The notes under the pieces: model-generated | The model's database searches: none | Told to the model about the DNA's origin: nothing | The model's input: the letters and a program-made list of their open reading frames with translations, nothing else | Assembly (NCBI GenBank): GCA_028534125.1 | Contig: CM052817.1 | Span: 41,852,001 to 41,916,000, forward strand | From: Lama glama | Lineage: Eukaryota | DNA: 64,000 nt | Reading direction: 5' to 3' | Program-made: the position numbers and the translations under genes | Shown: piece after piece, positions 1 through 13,056 of the stretch | How the letters are laid out: every line of letters begins with the position of its first letter | Position numbering within the stretch: position 1 is the first letter of the stretch

Positions 1-106
1 TAATAACTGTAAATGGAGCATAACCTTTCAAAATTGTGAATCACTATATAGTACATCTGAGATTTATATAATATTGTACAGAACTGTACTTCAATTAAAA
101 AAAAAA
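1..106 (+). mobile_element. L1 3' UTR end with poly(A) tail (continues upstream of window)
   Basis: taataactgtaaatggagcataacctttcaaaattgtgaatcactata...tacttcaatt followed by an A-run; near-identical to the L1 3' end at 34480-34576. Confidence 0.85.
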
Positions 107-504
107 GTGTTAACCTCAGGCCTGTGTCAATCCAGGCCTGCCTAAGAGAATGGCCTCTAGTCCATTAGCACACACTGTTTTCTTTGGACTACAGAATGTA
201 GACAGATACAGATTTTTCTGTCTGCTCTTTCTGTTGTGTGGCACTGCCCTGGATGGAGGGAGCTTTAAATCGCAATGTAGGCCTTGACTAGAACGGTGTA
301 AAAGATTGGCATGCGACTGGAAGTGCGGCTTCTCTGTGTCATGGTAACCGCGAGGCCTCTCGAAGAGAGAAAAATGGCCCACTTGCTTTATCCCTAGTCC
401 TACACTTTCTATTAATCCAATAAATGCCATATTAGATTAAAACCATGTGTTTCATGAGTCAGATCATCAAACTGGACTCATAAAAACTATCATACTGTGC
501 AACA
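107..504 (+). mobile_element. Possible LTR 3' portion (family unresolved), CpG-retaining
   Basis: GC-richer block with TTTAAA (~265), AATAAA (419-424) and ending ...gcaaca; family not recognised. Confidence 0.3.
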
Positions 505-519
505 TCTACTTTTTTTTTG

Positions 520-2960
520 TCTATAATAATTGATCTGTTTACACAGTTAATCTCTTCTGTAACCAATTTTGGATAGTTGTGTTTTTCTAGAAAAATTTAT
601 CTATCTTACCTGTTGTTTATAAATTAGTGTTGTGTAAATTAATCTCTGTTGGTTTTTTGTAAGTCTTCTTCTTTAGTAGTGAAAACCCCCCAGCCATTTC
701 TCATTTTAAGTATTTGTCAGGTCCCCCTTTTGTCTTACTTGAGCTAGCTAGTGGTTTGACTAGTTTGTTAATTTTTTTCAAAGAATTGGCATTTGGATTT
801 ATTATCAATTCTACATTTTTCTCATTTATTTTTAATTAATGTCCTTTTTTACTTTTGGGGGGTACTTTGTAGTCCTTTTTCTACCTTTTGAATTGGGTAC
901 CTAATTCATTTGCTTTTATTGTTAGATTTTTATTAGTATAGGTATTTAACACTGTATTTTTCTCCAAAAACTGCTTTAACTGTATCCATAGATTCTGACA
1001 GCTGTATTTTCAGTACTCTTATTTTGAAGAAATTCTGCTATTTCATTTTGTTTCCCTTTTGATCCAAGAATTATTTATTAAAATGATTTTTAAAGTCCCA
1101 CTTGAAAAGACATTTGTATTGTTTTTGTTATTAATGTCATTTAAATTGGATTATGGTCTGATAATGCTCTTTGTAGTAACTGAGGTAGTGAAATTTTTAA
1201 GGGGATTTTTTTTTTTTCAGATGTACATGTGTGCCCAAGATATAGTCCAATTTGGAGAATGTTCCATGTAGACTTGAAAAGGTGAAGTCTTTGTTAACAG
1301 AGTTTAACATTCATTCATGAAAATGAACTTATTAATTACTTATTAATTATCCATCTAGTAAATATTTGTCTATCTGTTCTTACCTGGCTTGAGATAAGTG
1401 TGTTAAAGTCTCCTATTATTAGTGTATTTCCATTATTTATTATTTCCTCCACAGTGGTTTCTGATTTATCAATTTGTGTTACTGGGTAATTAATTGAGTA
1501 ATATTAATAACTCATATCTATAATTGTGAAATATAGCTTTAAGCACTAGAATGACATCATATATAATTTGTCTATTAATGCTTTTTTATTTGAATACCAA
1601 TTTGTTACATATCAAAATTACAACTCTTACTCTTTTATTTGTGTCTGTCTAGAATACTTATTTTTTTAATTTATTTTTACATTTCTGTATTTCTCTAATT
1701 TAGATTTTTTATATAAAATATGGACTATTTTGTCTTTATAGTTTCACTAAGTTCATTTACACATACTGATGTTATTGATAAATTTAGCCTTAGTTTTTAT
1801 CATATTGCTTTATATTGTATATATGTCAGACACACACACACACACAATTTTTTGCCATGGCACCTACTTTGTTACATCTTTTTTTCTATATATTCCTTGG
1901 CTTTATGAAAGGCTTGTATTTTGCGCAAATAACTACCTTTATCTGACCACCCTTCTATGAAACTCTTGCCTCTCCCATTTTTTTAAAGCTAAAGTTCATT
2001 ATTCCTACTATAAAGAATATTGAAATTAGCTAGCAGTATTTTTTCTCCCACTTTTTCCTATCCCTAAACGTCTAATTTGAAATCATATGCCTTTTCTCTT
2101 CAGTTAATAACTAGAAGGCAGTCAGTGAACTTATTCTATTCTTCGTATACTTTCCCTTATTTTTGATGGCCAACGGTATCTGTATTGCCAGTGCAAACAA
2201 CATTATTATACTACACTCACCCCCTTATATCCCATTTAGTCCCTGTTTTATAGATAAATATATACTTATTGTTGACCACAGTTCTTTGGTTTATGTCTTT
2301 CTGGTCATTTTGGTGGTATAAAGTGTATTCTCTAGTTAATTCCCCAGGAAGTCTCATGGGAGCAATATTCCTGAGTTCTTTGCACACCCATGATAGCCGT
2401 CGTACATGAAGTTTAGTTTGGTTGGATATAAAATCCTTGGCTCATATTTTCTTTCAGTCTCTTAAATATTACTCCATTACTTGCAGCATAAAACAGAAAA
2501 ATCTGATGACAATCTGAGTTTCTTTCCCTTAGAAGTCTTTTTTTTCTTTTTCTTCAAATTCCATTTTTCATGTCTTGTAGGCTATTCTGTGTTTTTTCCT
2601 GAAAAAGTAGTGTGCCCTTCCAGTCCTTTATCTCAGAAAGTTTCTTAAAAGTATAATGTTTAGTTTTAATTTTATGTTGCTGCTTTGTTTTTTCTTCTCC
2701 AGGAATTCCTATTGTATGTATGTATGTATGTATGTATGTATGTATGTATACTTTATCCATGTCTTTATCATTTTATACAGTTTTTATCTTATATTACTTT
2801 CAAGTCTTTTTAATCTCTTCATTCTGTGCAATTTTTAATTTGTTTCTCCTTTTTATCTTCTATTCCTCCTAAAGCAATGTGTGGCATCTATTTATACTAC
2901 GTTTCTTTTAGTTTATTCTTCACTTAACAAAAGTGTTGTTTTTTTTTTAACTTTCCTATA
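520..2960 (-). mobile_element. Old, degraded L1M (ORF1 and 5' ORF2 region)
   Basis: T-rich antisense L1 signatures, e.g. gtttggttggatataaaatccttggctcatatttt and gtgtgttaaagtctcctattatt; no intact ORF. Confidence 0.7.
2713..2748. repeat. (TGTA)9 microsatellite
   Basis: Direct reading. Confidence 0.95.
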
Positions 2961-3029
2961 TGGTGTTAGCTCTTTAATTTTATAATAATAGGAAACCAAC
3001 ATGGTTGTATTTCTTACTAAAATTACCTA

Positions 3030-3200
3030 TAAGATAGAACTACATATCCTACTCTGACTGATGAACTCACTCTGATGGACATCATGTACAAGTTTAAAAA
3101 AAACAAGTAAAGGATATTAAACAAATGCAACATTGATGAAAATGCTTGGGGTCTTTTAGCAATTCTTGGCAGCCCAGAATGAACCCAGAATGAAGAAAGA
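3030..3200 (+). mobile_element. Probable CR1/L3 fragment
   Basis: gatgaaaatgcttggggtcttttagcaattcttggcagcccagaatgaa resembles L3 'gaaaaagacctgggggttttagttgactgcaagctcaatatgag'. Confidence 0.4.
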
Positions 3201-3239
3201 GCATTGACAGTAACAGTATATAAGGCAATAGTATTGCTG

Positions 3240-3345
3240 TGGGCTTTGAGAGAATTCAGGCAAGGCCTGAGCACATTGTCTGGCACATAGTAAGTGCTCA
3301 GTAAATAAATCCATATTTTATTATCATTATGATTATCATTACTAT
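3240..3345 (+). mobile_element. MIR SINE 3' fragment
   Basis: gcacattgtctggcacatagtaagtgctcagtaaat...tattat. Confidence 0.8.
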
Positions 3346-3573
3346 TATTCAGAGGATCAAGACAGAGAAAGAGACAGATGGTATAGTAAAGTTTTGGGTT
3401 ACAACTTTGACATTTAAATTTTGAGTCTCCTTTATCTTTACCCGTCCCTCCCTATGCTCAGATCAAGGAGCTACCTGGGCTTCCCAAACAGGCTAATCAT
3501 AAAGTGTCTGCCTTGGGCACTGCTTTTTAAAAGATGTATTAGAACATTGTGCTAGATTCTGTTTTGGCAGCAT

Positions 3574-4124
3574 TATGGCAGTAATAGTATCTCCCATCCT
3601 ACATGCTCTAATGCACTGTGCCCACGCCATCCCTTCCATCAAAACGAGTAGTCTTTTTTCCTCCACCTCCTCAAATCTGATCACTTTGAACAACAGAACC
3701 CAGGGAAATAATACTGTGTCAGTTCTACACCCAGCCTGTAATTGAACTGGCATCTTCTCTCCCTCTCTTTCTGAGCACACTGTCTTAGAAGCCAACTGTC
3801 ATGTAAGAAAAAGTACACTGAGACATCTATGCTTTTGAAAAGCCCAAGTTATACGAAGAAACCCTGGAGATGGAGCTGCCACTTGGAGAGAAGGAGAGGG
3901 AGAAACAGACAGACACTGGTAGACAGAGCACTGAGGCTACAACCGTATTAGTGAACAGGCCACTGGAAGTGGACCCACCAGCTCCAGGCCCTCAGAGTCT
4001 ATTGAGCAGAGACCAGCTGTCCAGCCAAGCCCTTCCTGAAGTCCTGACCCACAGAACTGTGAGCAAAACAAAACAGATATTTAAAGCTGTGATGTGTTTT
4101 GCAAAGCAGAAGATAACCAGAACA
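3574..4124 (+). mobile_element. MaLR solo LTR (MLT1G/H-like)
   Basis: cctgacccacagaactgtgagcaaaa...gataaccagaaca, the typical MLT1 3' end. Confidence 0.75.
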
Positions 4125-6118
4125 AATATTTATTTAGAAGATGTGGAATGAAATTTATTTCCTGTGTAAAAAAATGTTATAAACCTTCATGTTTATGTTC
4201 AAAACAAATGATTCTAACATGCAATGAATGGAAAGCCACATTTTAATTTAATTTATCTTCCGTTTCATAAATCTGTCTACCATTCATAACTGGCTATTCA
4301 TTCACACATGCTCTAAGAATAAAACTACTGGATATAGTAATAAACTCTTGTTCAAAATATATTTAAATCTTTGTAAAGTCAGCTTTCATGTTAGCAAAAT
4401 ATTTCCATTTTTCTATAATTCTTTTCCTCTCCACAGCTTCCTTTGTAATATTCTGGACCATACAAATAGTTAGGAGACATTATTAGAAACTTTAAAGTCT
4501 AGATAATAAAATAAACCACTTGTTTCCATGCTATTCTGGTTGAGAATTTCACCTGGCTGGCTCAGAGTTGGTGGCACAATTACATATATGCTATGAAAAC
4601 ATTTAACAGGTCAGGTCCAGGGGAAAGAGATTTTTCTTTTTCATTTCCATTTGATGGCACTGTCTACTTCATCAAAAGTGTAATCTATTTATATTTCCCC
4701 AGTTATAAAAGCAATCAAGTGTGGTAACCTGTGTTAACCCAGCACCCTGGTCCAATTTAAACCAGCAAGATTTCAATACTTTTTACTAACTGATGCCTCA
4801 AGCAGCATTTACTTGTTAGGTTGCCCCAATAAGGAAAACAAACAAGAGTGAATTATTTGAGAGACTATTTGTATCTAAATACCTCCTTGAAAGGCAAAGA
4901 ATTTTATTATGTTTTCATCTTAAGTAAATAAAATGGTTTCAGCTCCTTTGAAAACATTAGTAGACATATAATTTACATGAAAATCTTTTATACACAAAAA
5001 TTCAAGTATTAGTCGTGAAGAAATCTGAGGTTTAATATTGGAGGAATTATACACGTAAATTTTCATGTATAAAACTAAAACCCATTCCAAGGGAAAAAAA
5101 CAACTTTAACACACGATAGTATTTATAGTACAGTTAGTTGATATCTGGACTTAGAATACGTATGACTCAGAAATAAAAATGTATATGTTGTCAGAATAAA
5201 CATATTTTATACATGAATACTCTATCTTTCTATCATGTAATTTTTTCTGAATTAAAGATACTTTAAAAATGTGCTATCTTTTACAAGGAATAATTGGATT
5301 AGGAAGTCACTTTTTAACGCTTAGACTGTTAGTCATTTTGACATTGTTGGCATGTTGTCAGCTGAAAAATCTACTATAAAAATTTGATTGCTACTTACAT
5401 AATCTAACGTACAGGAAATGCCTTTGTAAGGACCTTAATCCCTTGTATTTTATTGTTTAATAAAATGAACAAGTAATTGTAAAAACTACACTTAGTGTAT
5501 GATATTTGAAACTCCACAGAGTAAATGATTTTAAAAATATTATTAGTGCTCACATACTTCAGTTGAACAGTTTCCATGGTTATTGGAGTTTTGGCTTACA
5601 CTGGAAGTCCACACCTGACCAAATATTGGCACAAATGTTTCAAACAGTTAACAGAGCTACCAGCAGCATGTCCCATGTCACCTATCCAGCATTAACAATA
5701 TATATATAAATATATTTTAAAGTTTCTTTATCAGCTTTCTGCTAAGTTTGTAAAACCACCATTACCAGAAAGGGGAAAACACTGTAACTGAGAAGCTCTC
5801 CTTATGTGGTTATAGCATAGCCCAGTATACACAAAGAGGTAATTTTTGTCCTTCACATTTAGAAGTGTTTGTCTGTGTGTGTATCTGTGTGTGCATGTGC
5901 GTGTACTGAGCGATGCTTTTAAGTATTTAGAAAATATTCTAAATTATATACATTGCTACACCTTGCATCATATGGGATGTTACGCTAGGAACAATGTTAA
6001 TTTTAGGATAAGAGTTGTACAGATTAAAAGTAGAGGGATAAGAATCAAACTCTAACTTCATTTTTAATACGACTAAGTAGTAATAAATAAAAAATAAAAC
6101 AGAAGCCACGATGAAGCC

Positions 6119-6618
6119 NNNNNNNNNNNNNNNNNNNNNNNNNNNNNNNNNNNNNNNNNNNNNNNNNNNNNNNNNNNNNNNNNNNNNNNNNNNNNNNNNN
6201 NNNNNNNNNNNNNNNNNNNNNNNNNNNNNNNNNNNNNNNNNNNNNNNNNNNNNNNNNNNNNNNNNNNNNNNNNNNNNNNNNNNNNNNNNNNNNNNNNNNN
6301 NNNNNNNNNNNNNNNNNNNNNNNNNNNNNNNNNNNNNNNNNNNNNNNNNNNNNNNNNNNNNNNNNNNNNNNNNNNNNNNNNNNNNNNNNNNNNNNNNNNN
6401 NNNNNNNNNNNNNNNNNNNNNNNNNNNNNNNNNNNNNNNNNNNNNNNNNNNNNNNNNNNNNNNNNNNNNNNNNNNNNNNNNNNNNNNNNNNNNNNNNNNN
6501 NNNNNNNNNNNNNNNNNNNNNNNNNNNNNNNNNNNNNNNNNNNNNNNNNNNNNNNNNNNNNNNNNNNNNNNNNNNNNNNNNNNNNNNNNNNNNNNNNNNN
6601 NNNNNNNNNNNNNNNNNN
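6119..6618. other. Assembly gap (500 N)
   Basis: Run of exactly 500 n. Confidence 1.
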
Positions 6619-6835
6619 AAGCAAGCTCCCATCTCAAGGCTTTGTACGCATTCCTTTTTCTGCCTGGAACACCTGGCTGTCAGATATCTGCATAGCTCTC
6701 TGCTGTACTCAGTCACTTTATCAGCAAGGTCTTTCCTGATGAACCCATCTTGAACATATCTAAAATATCACCCTGCCCCTTTCTAACTGTTTAAACATTC
6801 TTATTTTTTTCAATAATACTTATCACAATCTGAAC
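6619..6835 (+). mobile_element. L2 3' fragment
   Basis: ggctttgtacgcattcctttttctgcctggaacac...tctttcctgat...aatacttatcacaatctg. Confidence 0.65.
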
Positions 6836-7874
6836 TCTAAGAGCTGGCATTATATTCACATATGGAAGGATTTCCAGTAAGATGGAAACTATCTAGCAGC
6901 TTCTGGTGTATTCCGTTCCACTTATTTATGAGAATAACACACAATAAAGTGAAAAATGCAACCACCCTAGAAACCAGGAATCTTAATAAGTAATCCACCA
7001 AATCCCAAGAACTTTCCATTAACCAAAACATAGATGGGGCTCTGACTCAGGAAACAGGAGGAAGAAGCTAGAGGTGACAGCCACCCACAACCACTTGTAA
7101 GCCTAATGCAGAAATGATGTGATTTGTCAACCAAGAAGACAGAAGGCATTCCCTTCCTCATTCAAGTTCTGAGATGGCTAGGCTCGTCCACCACCCTTCT
7201 CCAACAATTCTTGTCTTTATATAACAATATTGCAGAGTATCTCTTATTTTCAGGCATACACATAGCATTGGCAAAAGCAGTCATAAGAAGCCATAAAGAC
7301 TCAAAAAACTCTGAAAAAGAGATACACACCAGGGAAGTGCAGAGGTGAGAATGGTCATGTAGTTTCAGCGAAATGGAGAACAGGTCAGTCCTTCCGGGGC
7401 AGCAGGTACAAGTGGAACAGTAATCTTCTGGTGAAAGGTGGGGAAAGGCCTGATTAAGAGGGGCCTTCACTTTCTGATTTTGGCTTTGCACACTGACCTC
7501 TAAACAACAGAATGTCATTAAGGGCTTCTGTAAAAGGCAGGTAAATGAACAAAGTGGTATTTTAGGGAGACTAATAAGGCCCTATGCCCTTTTGCTTCTT
7601 CATGGCCAACACCTACATTTGCAAACACTGTGACAAAAGATGCAGGAAAGAGAAAAGGGTCACAGATAAATTCTTAGAATACCCTCTGTATATCTTTGTA
7701 CTCTAATTTGCCCTGAAAACTGCTGCTTCCAATCTGAGTGGGATAATATGTTTTACAAAACAACTTTTAAGATTAAAAATTCTTACTAGCAGGTCCCCAG
7801 TGATTGTGTAACAAGAAAACAGGCTGTGGCACTAAGGAACACACTTCTGAAAGATGATGAATTTATATAAAGAG

Positions 7875-8070
7875 CAAATAACAATTGTTGATGTCTCCTG
7901 AATATGCTTAGTATGAACTAGGCATTCTATTAAACACTTATGTGCTTTATCTCATTTTACCCTCACAATAAGAGATGAGGTAGGTATTGGATAAGGAAAA
8001 TGTAGCTTGAAAAATTTTAAGTAACTGCCCCAAGGCCACACAGCTGGTATCTTGCTCTCATACACTATAC
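7875..8070 (-). mobile_element. MIR SINE
   Basis: atctcattttaccctcacaata...aagtaactgccccaaggccacacagctggta. Confidence 0.8.
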
Positions 8071-8872
8071 TTGAAAAGAGATAGAAAAAGTTCAAAGTAG
8101 ATTTTTTTGTCTAATTAATTATAAAATCTTAAAATAAAGGCCTTATTCACATGTTTATTTGAGAACTAGATATTAGGCTCTGAAAATGTGTACCGGCTAT
8201 ACTGGGAACCAAAAGGGACACAAGATGCGATGCAATAGAAGAGCTATATAAATCCATTCTGCTTGCCTACTTGGCTATTTACTTGTGTTTGTTGTTTAGT
8301 ATTAATTAGAATCACAGTACATACCTTATAAACTACAGAATAACATCATTTACTAAAATAACACAGTACCAAGAAAGCCAATTAAAAATGGCAAAACCTC
8401 ATTTGATTTTAAAGTTACAATCTGCAATCGTAGGATTGTACAAATGTAAGAAATCTATATCCATTATTAAAAATCAGAATATTTAGGTTTCACTTCCCTT
8501 TTAATTGCTAAGGCAATGACATTGAAGAGATGACATACAAAGTTTTTTATTTAAATTTGCTCTTTAATAAATATGCAAGCATAAGTAGTAAAAACTATGT
8601 CACTAGTCTCAAGAGATTTATGGTTTTGATTTAGTATATGTTAGTAGAATTTGCATTAACAGGGTAGTGGAAAGATTCTGAGCCCTAAAGTAACGGAGAG
8701 TTATTTTTTCACTTTGAAATTCTGTTCATTCTTATGTAATGAATTTTCTGTTTTCTATACCAAAATGTAGTCTTTCAAGCTACTTTCCAATGAATGCATT
8801 TTCTTAATTTCTTGATTAAAATTGCTGAGCAATTCATCTCAGCTGAAGTTTTCAGAGTATTTAACTGCAGGC

Positions 8873-9243
8873 TGCCTTAGTCCATTTGGGCTGCTGTAAC
8901 AAAACACCACAGACTGGGTAGCTTATAAACAATAGAAATGTATTTCTCACAGTTCTGGAGGCTGAAGTCCAAGATGAAGGCACTAGCATGGTCATGTTCT
9001 CTGGTGAGGGCCCTCTCACTGGTTTATAGCCAGCAATTTCTCTCCATGTCCTCACATGGTAGCAGGAGCCAGTGATCTCTCAGAAGCCTCTATTTTTATA
9101 AGGCACTAATCCCATACTTGGGGGCTCCATCCTCATGACTTAAACACCTCTCAAAGGCTCCATTTTCTAATATCAGCATCTTTGGTGGTTAAGACTTCAA
9201 CATATGAATTTGCAAGGGGACATAAAACATTCAAACCATAGCA
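8873..9243 (-). mobile_element. MaLR solo LTR (MLT1A/A0-like)
   Basis: tgccttagtccatttgggctgctgtaacaaaacaccacagactgggtagcttataaac...cattcaaaccatagca. Confidence 0.9.
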
Positions 9244-10190
9244 GATTCCCCGTAGAGGGCCCAGCCAAGCTATGCCTGGACTCCTGACCCACAAAAGCTG
9301 TGAGATATATGAATGCTAAGTAGTACGGTGCTATTCTATTCTATAATCAGTTAATATTAAAAACCAAACTTAAAGTCTCCATATTTCTTATACAATTGGA
9401 ATTTCCTGAATTCTCTCTCTTATCAATTATTCATCTACTAAGTCAAAAAAATTTTAATGCGTATTATGTGCCAGGCAATAGTGCTTCATGCAGAGGCTAA
9501 AACCAGTGAGCAAAACCAGACACAGTCCCTGACTTCATAAAGCTTACTGTCTAGTGGGAGAGAGAGAGACTATTCAATTAATCATAAACTCACTTAAAAC
9601 AGTGAGACTGCTATAAATTCTAAGAGGAGGAACTTGTCAGAAGGAGAGTTTATATTCATAGAGGTTAGAAAGTTTCTCTGAGGAAATGAGCTGGTGAAGA
9701 TGAGAGGCAAACTCTTCCTAGGTGAAGGAAAAGAAATGCATAAGTAGAAGCTGTGGCAGGAGGAAACAAAGGATCTGAAAGAAGCCAGAATGACTGGAGC
9801 AGAGACAGTGAAGGGGAACAATGAGGGAAGGGGACAGACATCTCAGTAGGAAATGACCAGTTATGCAGGGGTCCTGGAGGTTTTGATAAGGATTACTAAA
9901 ATCACTGAGAACTCTTGAAAGCCTTTCAAAAGATTTAAGCAAGAGGGAGACATGAACATATTTGCATTCCAAAGAGACCACACTGGCTATGTGGTGCAGA
10001 ATGGACTAAAGAAGGCCAGAGTGGATTAGACAAACTCACTAAAGAAGATACTGCAGTGGTCCAGGTAAGTGATGATGATAGGTTGGAAAAGATTCATGAT
10101 AAAGGTTGAAGAGACAGATAGAAGCTGATAGATACAGATAAACATGTTAAAATGAAATCCATGGATATTGATGATGGATTGATTTTCTAG

Positions 10191-10759
10191 TGAGGCCATA
10201 ACACCCTAAGATGACCCCAATAAGTCATGCTCCTGTATAATCCCTTCACACCTGAGTACAGGTGTAACCTGTGACTTGTTTCTAACTAACAGAATATGGC
10301 AAAGGTAGTTGGATTTTACTATCTAGATTACATTATGTCATAGAAGACTCCATCTTAACAAACTGGAAAGAGAAAGAGTCTTTGGCCTTTAAGAAGCAAA
10401 TATCATGATACGTTGAACTGCCTATCTAGACAGTCATATGGCAAGAACTGTGGGTAGCCTCTAGGAGGTGAGGACAGCCTCCAACCAACAGCCAGCAAAC
10501 AGCCAGGGCCCTGAGTCGTGCAACCACAAGGAAATAAACTTCACCAACAATCGAAAGGAGCTTGAAGTAAATTCTTCCCTAGTCAAGCCCTCAAAGGAGA
10601 AAAGTCCCTGCTGACACTTCAACTGCAGCCTTGTGAGACCTTCAGCAGAGAAGTCACCTGTGTGCAGACTCCTGACTCACAGAAACTGTAACCTAACAAA
10701 TGTGTGCTGTTTTAAGTTGCTAAATTTGTGGTAATTTGTTAACATCAGTAACTAATACA
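10191..10759 (+). mobile_element. MaLR solo LTR (MLT1E-like)
   Basis: TG...CA ends; 5-bp TSD TCTAG at 10186-10190 and 10760-10764; ends gctaaatttgtggtaatttgtt...actaataca. Confidence 0.9.
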
Positions 10760-10985
10760 TCTAGAAAAAGGGAGATGATATCCAGGTTCTGGCTTGCATA
10801 GCCAGAGGGTGTGGTGCTTTCCACTGAGTGAGCAAGGATTGATAAACACCTAAGTTTAGGGACGGGAGCTCCACAATGAGTTTTGTTTTGGGCATGTTGA
10901 ATTTGAGCTTCCTTAAGATATTCAAGAAGCATGTCCATTAAATATTTTTATATATGGGGTTCAAAGAAGCCTAATAAGGCTAGAT

Positions 10986-11177
10986 CAATGGTGATTTTGT
11001 CCCTCGGGAACATTTGACAATGTCTAGAAATATTTTGATTGCTTCAAATGGGGGTTCTACTGGCATCTGTTGGGAGAAGCCAAGAATTCTGCCAAACATC
11101 CTAAAATGCACAGGACAGAAATCCATGCCTCTAAAAAAAATCTGAATTATCAATAATGCTGAGGTTAAGAAACTCTG
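10986..11177 (+). mobile_element. MER20 (hAT-Charlie MITE)
   Basis: ggaacatttgacaatgtctaga...tactggcatct...aaacatcctaaaatgcacaggacag...gaggttaagaaactctg; 8-bp TSD GGCTAGAT at 10978-10985 and 11178-11185. Confidence 0.9.
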
Positions 11178-11599
11178 GGCTAGATATAAAACTGTATACA
11201 TATGTGTGTAGATGATGTATGAGTCTATGGGTATGGTATTAGATTATCTAGAAAAAAAGCACAAAGTGAAAAGTTAAGATAATTTAGAACTGAGTCTTCA
11301 GGAAAGTCAACATTTTATGTCTGGATCAAGAAAAATTAGCCTGCAAGGGAAATAAAGTTGAGAGTTACAAGAAAAGTAAAAGAGAGAGTACTGTATTAAT
11401 AAAACTTTGAGTTCTTCCAGAGTTTGTCCCCTTCTAAGCTGTACTCTCCTTCAATGATCTCATCCACTATTGAGTTTCAAGAGAAGTGAGTGTTCCAGTG
11501 TTAATCCCAAGGCTTGGCTATTGTAAAACTCAGTGGTGTATGATTTGATTCCTATTACCATGGTCTCAGATATCTGTGGATTAATATAAAAAAAATTAC

Positions 11600-11800
11600 C
11601 CAAGTCAATTTCCATTCTTAACTAACATGCCTGGCCAATAAAAGCATTCACCCAATAATGAACACATTATAGCATTTCATCATAGTGAATAAGATTATGT
11701 TCAATTTATCATAGTATCCATGGTCTTAAAAGTTTAAATCAATTCTTCTCTCAGTCTTTTTTGGTCCAATATGAATCCAAAATATTTCATCTGTTCCCAA
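11600..11800 (-). mobile_element. Ancient CR1-clade LINE fragment (ORF2 C-terminus)
   Basis: 11799->11719 translates WEQMKYFGFILDQKRLREELI*TFKTM, resembling the CR1 motif LGLFSLEKRRLRGDLIxxFK. Confidence 0.6.
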
Positions 11801-11949
11801 GTAAAAATCTACACATCACTCTTCATGTCATAGGGGGTGCTCAAACATGATATTCTAGGCATAGATAAAAAGAAAGTCTTCTGGAGGTCAAAAGACAACC
11901 TTGAGTTTTACTAGTTGGTCTTAATGATGGTTGATCAATTTTCTTGTAA

Positions 11950-12900
11950 TAAATAAATACATGAAAAGTTATTCAACATCACTCAAAATTAACTAAGTAG
12001 AGTAAACCCTTGGACAACATTGGGGTTAAGGACACCAACTTCCCTCAACACAGTTGAAAAATCAGCATTTTACTTTATATTCAGCCCTCTTTATGGGCAG
12101 GTCTGCATCCACAGATCAACTAACTGCAGATCTTGTAATACTGTAGTATGCATTTATTGAAAAAAATCCATGTATATGTGGACCCACACAGTTCAAATCT
12201 GTGTTGTTCAAAGGTCAACTGTACAGGTAAAAATATAATGAGGTACCATTTTTCATTTGGGAATTTGAAAAGATAAAAAAGAAGTTTGATAATATCCTGT
12301 GGTAGTTGAGTATAGATTACTATACTCAAATCTCATAGCCCATTTTTAGGAATGTAAATTGGTAAAAGTTTTTTGAAGGACTATCTGGTAACACCTATTA
12401 AAATTAAAATATATATATAGTTTAGCCCAAGAATCCACTTCTCAGAATTTACCATATAATTATAGTAAAAGAAAGCAAAGATATTAATATAAGGATATTC
12501 ACTGTAGCATTTTGATAAGGGTGAATAATTGGGAAAAATCTAAATGTCCACCAACTGAAACCTATTTGAATAAATTATAGGGCATCCATATATTATAGTA
12601 ATGAAGTAAATTTATATCCACCAAATGAAGTGATAATTGAAATATATTGGCAAATAATATAAGGTCAAAATACTTTTTGTCATTCCATTTATATGTAAAA
12701 AGTACATGCATGTGTACATATATAAAAATTATATACATTTTCTATTAAAAAAATCTCAAAGAGAGACTATCATAATATTTTCAATAGTTTACTCAAAGGA
12801 GTGAATTGAGGGTGTAGACAGAGAGACTTTTCCTTTTCATTTAACAAAATTTTATTTTTTAACTTCTAAAATAAATACATATTATTTTATAATAAAATGT
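11950..12900 (+). mobile_element. Old L1ME-type 3' fragment (interrupted by Tigger MITE)
   Basis: atgaaaagttattcaacatcact...gaatgtaaattggta...cccaagaatccacttctcagaattta. Confidence 0.75.
12000..12221 (-). mobile_element. Tigger2-derived MITE (MER8-like)
   Basis: Terminal inverted repeats gagtaaacccttggacaac / gttgttcaaaggtcaactg flanked by TA TSDs. Confidence 0.85.
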
Positions 12901-12988
12901 TTTAGGAAAACTATAATACAAAAACTTCTAATAAAAAATAGAAATAACTTTGACCTGAAAAATTCCAGTAAATAGAGCTAGTTTCTAA

Positions 12989-13009
12989 TGATTGGATAGA
13001 GAAGATGTG

Positions 13010-13056
<47 letters not shown>

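Larger units (their letters stand above)
9420..11400 (-). mobile_element. L2 element interrupted by an MLT1 LTR and a MER20
   Basis: tattatgtgccaggca...cagtccctgacttcataaagcttactgtctagtggg...agttttgttttgggcatgttgaatttgag. Confidence 0.8.

Noticed and set aside
5600..5681. Minus-strand exon-like segment (AG...GTAAGC) with one open frame DMGHAAGSSVNCLKHLCQYLVRCGLP
   Set aside because: Poor polypyrimidine tract, unrecognised peptide, no partner exons
5939..6716. Long ORFs of 183-232 aa in the ORF track
   Set aside because: Artefacts of reading through the 500-N gap
7162..7518. 118-aa minus-strand ORF
   Set aside because: Overlaps degraded L2-like sequence; no homology recognised
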